Below are positions 58,022-64,000 of a stretch of 64,000 bases of DNA, piece after piece; positions within the stretch are counted from its first letter, which is position 1, and every line of letters starts with the position of its first letter. The stretch lies in contig CAVQZZ010000002.1 in assembly GCA_963718825.1 (NCBI GenBank), forward strand, positions 414,813 through 478,812. Direction: 5' to 3'. Source of the stretch: an uncultured Acidobacteriota bacterium. Lineage in GTDB: Bacteria > Acidobacteriota > Vicinamibacteria > Vicinamibacterales > CAVVIG01. The notes under the pieces were generated by a model, which was not told the DNA's origin, ran no database searches, and saw only the letters and a list, made by a program, of their open reading frames with translations. Both the position numbers and the translations under genes were made by a program.

Positions 58022-60199
58022 GTGTTGCTGGGGTCAAACAAACAAAACGCACGTCACCGCTGGTCAACGATCAACGCGACCGTTTCGCAGCTCGCAGTCG
58101 CGGCGTTGCTCGCTGCCAGTATCGTTCTTCCAGTACGAGCTCAGACGCTCGGACCACAAACGATCGTTTTGTGGTCCGCAAATGTTCCACCGGCCAATGT
58201 GCACGGCACGTGGACGCAGATTCCGGATGCGACCGCCGCAAGCCATGCCGCATTGATAAATCCCGACACTGGTGGCAATCGCTGGAACAAAAGAACGACT
58301 CCGGCATCCGCCACGCCGACCAATTACTTCGAAATCGCATTCAACGCGGACGCCGGCGTCGCCTACCATTTGTGGATCCGACTCCGCGCGTGGAACAACA
58401 GCACGGGAAACGACTCGATCCACGTACAGTTCAGCGACGCGGTGGATTCCTCCGGCGCTCCGGTTGCGCGCATCGGCACGACGGGAGCGGCCGACGTGAT
58501 TCTTCAGGATTGGCGGAGCCGGGCCGCGCCCAATAACTGGGGCTGGGCCGACAACGGGTGGGGCGCGCCGGGCACGCCGGTGACGTTCGCCGCCAGCGGC
58601 TCGCATGTGATCCGGATTCAGCAGCGGGAAGACGGCGCCATCGTCGATCAGATCGTCCTGAGCGCCGATACCTTCGTCACCTCGCCTCCCGGTCCCTATA
58701 CGAACGACAGCACGATCCTCACGAGCACCGACGGCACGCCGGTGGCCGCGCCTTCGGCTGGCGGCACGACAGTGGTTTGGACGGCCGACATTCCGGCATC
58801 GAACACGTTCGGCGCCTGGACTCCTCTTGCGGACGCAACCGCCGCGGGTGGTAATGCGCTCGTCGATCCCGATCATGGCGCGTCGAAGATCGAGCCGGCG
58901 CTCGCATCGCCCGTCAACTATTTCGAAACGACGTTCAACGCCGCCGCCGGAGTGCCGTATCACGTCTGGCTCCGCATGCGCGCGCAGTCGGATTCGCTCG
59001 GGAACGATTCCGTCCACGTGCAGTTCAGTGATTCCCTGAGTTCGAACGGCTCGGCATTCGCACGGATCGGCACGACCTCGTCTGCGGAGTTCATCCTTCA
59101 AGACGGCCCAAACGGGGCCTCTCCGCACGGTTGGGGCTGGACCGAGAACGGCTGGACATCGTTCGGTTCCCACATCATGTTCGCCTCGACGGGCATCCAC
59201 ACGCTTCGTGTGCAGGAGCGCGAGGACGGCGCCATCGTCGATCAGATCGTGATCAGTCCTGACGCGTACCTGACGAGCCCACCGGGTTGGCGTCAAGCCG
59301 ATGCGACGATTCTTCCGGAGACGAGCGGCAGTGGCGGCGGATCGACCAACCAGCCGCCCAGCGCGTCGCTCACGTCGCCATCGGACGGCGCCACGTTCAC
59401 CGCCCCGGCGAACATCACGCTGGCCGCGACGGCGGCCGACGCGGATGGCACCGTCGACAAGGTCGAGTTCTATGCCGGGACGACCCTGCTCGGCACGTCG
59501 ACCTCGGCGCCGTACTCATTGACCTGGGATAACGTGGCGGCGGGAAGCTACTCGCTGAAGGCAGTGGCGTACGACAACGCCGGCGCGCAGGCCTCCTCGT
59601 CGACCGTCGGCATCACGGTCGGGGCGGTAAACACGCCGCCGACCGTTTCGCTCACCTCGCCCTCGGCGGGGGCGACGTTCACGGCGCCGGCGACGGTCGC
59701 CTTGTCGGCGAGCGCGACCGACAGCGATGGCACGATTCAGAAAGTCGAGTTCTATTCGGGAACGGCATTGCTCGGAACGGCGACGGCCGCGCCCTACTCG
59801 TTTACATGGAACGGGGTGGCAGCGGGCACTTACACGCTGAAGGCGATCGCCTACGACAACCTCGGCGCGCAGGCGACGTCGGGGACGGCGACGATTACGG
59901 TCAACGCCGCGCCGCCGCCGCCGCCGAGCTACACCGTCGCATTCACAGCGTCCACCGACCACGACACCGACGTGACGAGTTACCTGCTGGAAGTGTTTGC
60001 CGCCGGCGCCGACCCGAACAGCGCGCAGCCACTCGCGTCGGTCAACATGGGCAAGCCGACGCCGGACGCGAATCGTGAGATCGACGTGAACGAAACGCCC
60101 TTCCTCAGCGGCCTCGCGTCCGGCACATACGTCGTCACTGTCTCGGCGATTGGTCCCGGCGGCCAAACTCGCAGCGCGCCGTACACCTTCCACCGGTGA
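58022..60199 (+). CDS. Secreted multidomain protein: two tandem ~190-aa lectin/CBM-like domains, two Ig-like domains, FN3-like C-terminus
   Basis: Signal-like LAVAALLAASIVLPVRAQT. D1 and D2 share WT..DATAA...NYFE..FNA.AGV.YH.W.R.RA...GNDS.HVQFSD...RIGTT...GWGW..NGW...REDGAIVDQIV.S. Ig repeats share SLTSPS.GATFTAPA...DGT..KVEFY.GT.LLGT..APYS.TW. GTG start. Confidence 0.8.
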   Translation: MLLGSNKQNARHRWSTINATVSQLAVAALLAASIVLPVRAQTLGPQTIVLWSANVPPANVHGTWTQIPDATAASHAALINPDTGGNRWNKRTTPASATPTNYFEIAFNADAGVAYHLWIRLRAWNNSTGNDSIHVQFSDAVDSSGAPVARIGTTGAADVILQDWRSRAAPNNWGWADNGWGAPGTPVTFAASGSHVIRIQQREDGAIVDQIVLSADTFVTSPPGPYTNDSTILTSTDGTPVAAPSAGGTTVVWTADIPASNTFGAWTPLADATAAGGNALVDPDHGASKIEPALASPVNYFETTFNAAAGVPYHVWLRMRAQSDSLGNDSVHVQFSDSLSSNGSAFARIGTTSSAEFILQDGPNGASPHGWGWTENGWTSFGSHIMFASTGIHTLRVQEREDGAIVDQIVISPDAYLTSPPGWRQADATILPETSGSGGGSTNQPPSASLTSPSDGATFTAPANITLAATAADADGTVDKVEFYAGTTLLGTSTSAPYSLTWDNVAAGSYSLKAVAYDNAGAQASSSTVGITVGAVNTPPTVSLTSPSAGATFTAPATVALSASATDSDGTIQKVEFYSGTALLGTATAAPYSFTWNGVAAGTYTLKAIAYDNLGAQATSGTATITVNAAPPPPPSYTVAFTASTDHDTDVTSYLLEVFAAGADPNSAQPLASVNMGKPTPDANREIDVNETPFLSGLASGTYVVTVSAIGPGGQTRSAPYTFHR

Positions 60200-60214
60200 C
60201 GCCCGCGTCACCGG
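60193..60214. terminator. 10-bp perfect inverted repeat between convergent genes (hairpin, no U-tract)
   Basis: CCGGTGACGC-cc-GCGTCACCGG. It includes the TGA stop of 58022-60199. Confidence 0.4.
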
Positions 60215-60227
60215 CGAGCTCGTGCGG

Positions 60228-61601
60228 TCAGAGCGACTTCAGATACTCGACCAAGTCGTTCATCTGAGCATCGGTCAGATGTAAACCGAATACCTGGTTG
60301 TAGTGCGCGACGACAGCCCGCAAATCAGGGAAGCGTCCGTCGTGATAGAACCCGCCTTTCTGGTGTGACCACAAGCCTTTGAGCGGCGTCGTCCGATAGC
60401 GATGATCGGGCGCGCGATCCGCCTGGAAGTCATCGATCCCGATTTCAGCGCCGGTGTGCATCGCCCAGCCGGGCTCGCTGTACAGCGGCGGCACATGGCA
60501 TGTCGAGCACCGCGCGCTTCCGGTAAACAGCGCCTTACCTCGATCAGCAGCCGCTCCATTGAATGTGCCGCGCGGCGCCGCCGGCGCCGGGATCGCGAGC
60601 TGATAAAACTGGAGCGCCGCGAGCTTCCCTGTGATGTGATCCGTCGTTCCCGGCGCGGGCCGTGTGTCGCCGAACCCTTCTCGCGCGGCAACGGGAAACT
60701 GGGCGGCATTAGCGAGTCGCGGATCGAAGAACGTGCCCGACCCGTGCATCTCGAGGTTGGCGACGAAGGCGTTCCAGTACGGCACGCCGCCCCATCCGGT
60801 AAACGTATGTTGATTCATCCCCGCTAGTCCGAATGCGGGTGGAATCAGCGTGGCGGCCGACTTGCCGTCCGGACGGAAGGCCTTGCCGTCCATGAACAGC
60901 TCCGCATCGAATTTGCCGGGCCCCCAGTTCGCGAGCACCTGGCGCACCGTCGCTTGATCGACCTGGAGCAGCGCGGCCACGGCGCTGAGATCGGGGGCGA
61001 GCGAGATGATCGCGCCCACGTTCAGATCGCGGTTGGCCCACCCGTCGAGGCGATGGCCGATGCCCGGCGCAAACGAGTTGTCCACCGTCGAATGACAGAG
61101 CGAACACTGCACGCCCATCGACGTCACACGTCCGTCGGCAGCGCGCACAGTCGTCACGCCGACGACCGCCTTTGCGTCGAGGAGCGCGAGGGTGTTCGCC
61201 GGATCGTTGAGATTCACCGTGTGCGCTGCCAGCCCGCTGAGGATTGCGGGCGGCACCCGGTCGACGTCGACTTTCAAACCGACCGACAGCGCGGTGGCCG
61301 GGCTCACTCCGGGTCCGACGCCTCCGAAGCGGGCTCCGGCGATCGCCTGGTGCAGCTTGAGCGTGCCGCCCCAGAACGGCTCGTCGCCGAACGTGTCGTC
61401 GCGGAAAATTTCCCTGCCGCGACGAAACAGTGCTTCGGCATTGTCGCTGATCGTTCGATCGAACGTACCGCGAGCGCGAACGTCATCGGATGGGCCGCGA
61501 GGATCGTCGCGCGCGGCGCGAACGTCGGTCGTGAGGACGGATGCCGCCATCACGGTGAGGAACGGAACAATCAAGATGGCTGCAGCGAATTTTGCTTTCA
61601 T
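60228..61601 (-). CDS. Exported di-haem c-type cytochrome / peroxidase-like protein
   Basis: Signal peptide MKAKFAAAILIVPFLTVMAA. Two haem motifs CSLCH and CSTCH about 215 aa apart. Confidence 0.75.
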   Translation of the reverse strand: MKAKFAAAILIVPFLTVMAASVLTTDVRAARDDPRGPSDDVRARGTFDRTISDNAEALFRRGREIFRDDTFGDEPFWGGTLKLHQAIAGARFGGVGPGVSPATALSVGLKVDVDRVPPAILSGLAAHTVNLNDPANTLALLDAKAVVGVTTVRAADGRVTSMGVQCSLCHSTVDNSFAPGIGHRLDGWANRDLNVGAIISLAPDLSAVAALLQVDQATVRQVLANWGPGKFDAELFMDGKAFRPDGKSAATLIPPAFGLAGMNQHTFTGWGGVPYWNAFVANLEMHGSGTFFDPRLANAAQFPVAAREGFGDTRPAPGTTDHITGKLAALQFYQLAIPAPAAPRGTFNGAAADRGKALFTGSARCSTCHVPPLYSEPGWAMHTGAEIGIDDFQADRAPDHRYRTTPLKGLWSHQKGGFYHDGRFPDLRAVVAHYNQVFGLHLTDAQMNDLVEYLKSL

Positions 61602-61610
61602 GGCAGCTCT

Positions 61611-62036
61611 CTATGCGACCGCGCGATGGCGCGCGGAGACGGGATCGCTGGCACTCGCGTGGCCGACGCCGGACTCGGTGAGACGGGCGAGCGTGAAGGC
61701 GGCGATCGCCATCTCGACGTCGCGGACGGCGATGTCGAAAAATCTGCCGGTGGTCACGAGATTCACCGCGATGCCAATCAGCCAGGCCGCGGCGATGTAA
61801 CCACCGATCTGCGTCATGCCCGCAAGAATCACCGCGCCGACGATCATCTCGATGACACCCACGATGTGCATGAACGTCGTGGCGCTGAACGGCAGCACCG
61901 CGGCAGCCATTGGACTGAGGTACGCCGGCCAGTTCGCGAGCAGATTGAAGAATTTGTCGAGTCCGGCCAGAAACGCGGCGCCGCCAAGGCCCAGCCGGAG
62001 CGCCCAGAACGCCGAGGTCAATCGATCGGTTCTCAT
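61611..62036 (-). CDS. DoxX-family membrane protein
   Basis: MRTDRLTSAFWALRLGLGGAAFLAGLDKFFNLL... Four predicted TM helices. Start at the internal ATG of ORF 61611-62087. Confidence 0.7.
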   Translation of the reverse strand: MRTDRLTSAFWALRLGLGGAAFLAGLDKFFNLLANWPAYLSPMAAAVLPFSATTFMHIVGVIEMIVGAVILAGMTQIGGYIAAAWLIGIAVNLVTTGRFFDIAVRDVEMAIAAFTLARLTESGVGHASASDPVSARHRAVA

Positions 62037-62133
62037 GAAACTGCCTCCTGCGACAGATAGAGTCGAAGAGGCCGAGGAAGGTGACAATCGCCGAGCTTGT
62101 AACCAATCGCGCGCATGGGCACTCTAATCGGGT

Positions 62134-62812
62134 GTGAACACTCTCATCGCTGTTGCCAGCCTGCCGGATGCCGAAATCGTCGCCCGCGTCTGCCAGGGCG
62201 AGACGTCACTATTCGAAATCCTCATGCGCCGCCACAACGAGCGCGTCTACCGCGCGGCGCGTTCGATCGTCAAAGACGAGTTCGAGGCCGAGGACGTGAT
62301 GCAGCAGGCCTACATCAACGCATTCGTCCACCTGCGGCAGTTCGAGGAGCGATCGCAATTTTCGACGTGGCTCACCCGCATCACCATTCACGAGGCGCTC
62401 TCGCGCCGTCGCAAGCAGAAGCCGGGCGTCGTCGACGCTCCGGGGATTGAGGGACCAGACATGGACCGCTTTCCGAGCCGAGCAGCCCGATCCCGAGCAC
62501 CAGGCCTACTCGAGCGAGCTCGGGCGCGCGCTCGAAGCCGCCGTCGATGCGCTGCCGGAAGGCTACCGCGCGGTATTCATGCTGCGCGACATCGAAGGTC
62601 TGAGCACGAGCGCGACGGCCGACGCGCTCGATTTGCGGGAGGAAGCTGTAAAGACGCGCCTTCATCGCGCGCGGGCGATGGTGCGGCGGGAGATCACCAA
62701 CAGGATCGGCGTTGCCGCGGCGCGCGCCTTTCCGTTTCACGCCGTGCGTTGCGACCGCGTCGTCAACGCGGTGTTCGCGGAAATACGGACGCGTGAATTG
62801 ATCATCGCATGA
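62134..62812 (+). CDS. ECF-type RNA polymerase sigma-70 factor with ~40-aa C-terminal extension; frame break near 62465
   Basis: Region 2 EDVMQQAYINAFVHLRQF...FSTWLTRITIHEAL (ORF 62134-62796). Region 4 YRAVFMLRDIEGLSTSATADALDLREEAVKTRLHRARAMV (ORF 62447-62812). Confidence 0.88.
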
Positions 62813-62856
62813 CGGGCGACGCTGCCCCGTCGCACGTCGCGATCGCTCGGTCGCGA

Positions 62857-64000
62857 TTACACCGATGCGCAGACGGGAGCTGGCGTGTCGGGGACAACGG
62901 CCGCGGCCGGAAGCGTCAGGCGGAAGCTGCAGCCGATCTTCGTCTTCGCCAGCGCGAGCGATCCGCCGTGCGCCTCGGCAATGCCGAGCGCGATTGACAA
63001 CCCGAGGCCAGTCCCCTGGCCGACTTCCTTCGTCGAGAAGAACGGCTCGAATATCTGGCCGGCGATCGCCGGCGAGATCCCCGGACCGTCGTCCTCGACC
63101 TCGATCGTAATGCGTCTGCGCCGATCCGGTCGTTCTAAGGCGCATGCGGCCCCGTCCATTCGCCGTGTGCATCGCCTGCTCGGCGTTCAGGATCAGATTC
63201 AGCAGCACTTGCTGGATCTCGCCGCGGTTCACCGCGACGGGCGCGAGGTCCTCGGCGTAGGACTCTTCCACGTCGATGTTGTTCATCTTCAGCTCGTAGG
63301 CGCGCAGCGCGAGCGTCGAGCGGGCCAGCTCGTTGACATCGGACGGTTGCCGCTGAACCGGAGCGCGCCGCACGAACGTGAGCAGGTTTCTGACGATCTT
63401 CGCCGCGCGTTCCGCTTGCGATCGCACGTGCTGCAGGTCGGCGCGGACGTGCTCGCGGCGCTCCTCGGTCATCAGCAGCTCGGTGAAGCCGATGATCGAC
63501 TGCAGCGGGTTGTTCAGCTCGTGCGCCACGCCGGAGACGAGCTGGCCCGTGGCCGCGAGCCGCTCGGCATGAATCAGTTGATCGCGGAGCTGCATATCCG
63601 GCGTGATGTCGCGCTCGACGCCGACAAAGTGGGTAATGCGATCGTCGAGCGAGAGCGGCACGACGGCCGCGGCCGCCACGAATTCCGTCGTGTCGTGACG
63701 ACGGTGCACGAGCGTGCCTCGCCAGACCTCGCCGGCGCCAACCGCGGCCGCCATCGTGCGCAGGTCGCCGACCGACTCCCTCGCCACGAATTCGCTGACG
63801 CGCATCTTCGCGACATCGCGACGCGCCGTAGCCGAGCGCGCGGCAGAACGCGCCGTTCGCATGCTGAACGCGTCCGTTCGGATCGGTGATGAGAATCAGA
63901 TCGTCGGCGTGCTCGACCGCGGCCGAGAGCAGCCGACGCTTCTCATCCGCCGTGCGCGCGCCGCCGCGCTCTACAGCCAGCCTCGCCATCAGGAGAGGCA
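62857..64000 (-). CDS. PAS-domain sensor histidine kinase, probably continuing beyond the right edge; frame breaks near 63850 and 63135
   Basis: PAS LILITDPNGRVQHANGAFCRALGY. H-box LVSGVAHELNNPLQSI. N-box LLNLILNAEQA. G1 VEDDGPGI. G2 GQGTGLGLSIA. Pieces in ORFs 63135-63989, 62381-63862 and 62857-63159. Confidence 0.88.

Noticed and set aside
1-64000. Programmed ribosomal frameshifting as an explanation for the frame breaks.
   Set aside because: The breaks occur in ~20 unrelated genes at sites without a shared slippery motif, and several genes need multiple corrections. Known programmed frameshift genes such as prfB or dnaX are not among them.

Overview
GC-rich bacterial chromosomal segment. 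Gene content points to Acidobacteriota: two tandem VWFA-related acidobacterial-type exported proteins, an ADOP-type duplicated FtsX permease and a large BNR/sortilin-like protein. I can support about 60 genes, mostly housekeeping. In order: valS, response regulator, split acyl-CoA mutase, two tandem glutamate dehydrogenases, two acyl-CoA dehydrogenases, an asparaginase-family Ntn hydrolase, HIT-ihf-rpsA, cmk, rluB, scpAB, trpS, M50 protease, uvrC, CDP-alcohol phosphatidyltransferase, Ku, tdk, efp, hsp20-htrA, thrC-hom, sulfite reductase-cobA-sirC, M1 aminopeptidase, mpg, uvrA, SoxCD-like sulfite dehydrogenase with cytochromes and cupins, tRNA-Thr(CGU), czcD, ADOP permease, a BNR / kinase-like / Spy-like operon, a secreted tandem-domain protein, a di-haem cytochrome / DoxX / ECF sigma cluster, and a PAS histidine kinase. 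I saw no transposase, integrase, CRISPR array, rRNA or phage genes. By hand count about 30 single-nucleotide frame breaks interrupt otherwise well-conserved genes, including essential ones. This looks more like residual assembly indels than real decay, so many ORF-track entries are fragments of one gene. Main hunt results: (1) a 26-aa leader ORF with 7 Cys codons, followed by an intrinsic terminator, directly upstream of the siroheme/sulfite-reductase operon, which is a candidate Cys-sensing attenuator; (2) a dispersed hairpin-repeat family at five loci, one copy apparently inserted in-frame inside uvrC; (3) short tandem heptanucleotide arrays, often as inverted pairs, filling several intergenic gaps including the Ku leader; (4) an exported protein with kinase-like catalytic motifs in an operon with a Spy-like chaperone; (5) palindromic operator-like sites upstream of hsp20 and of a secreted tandem-domain protein.
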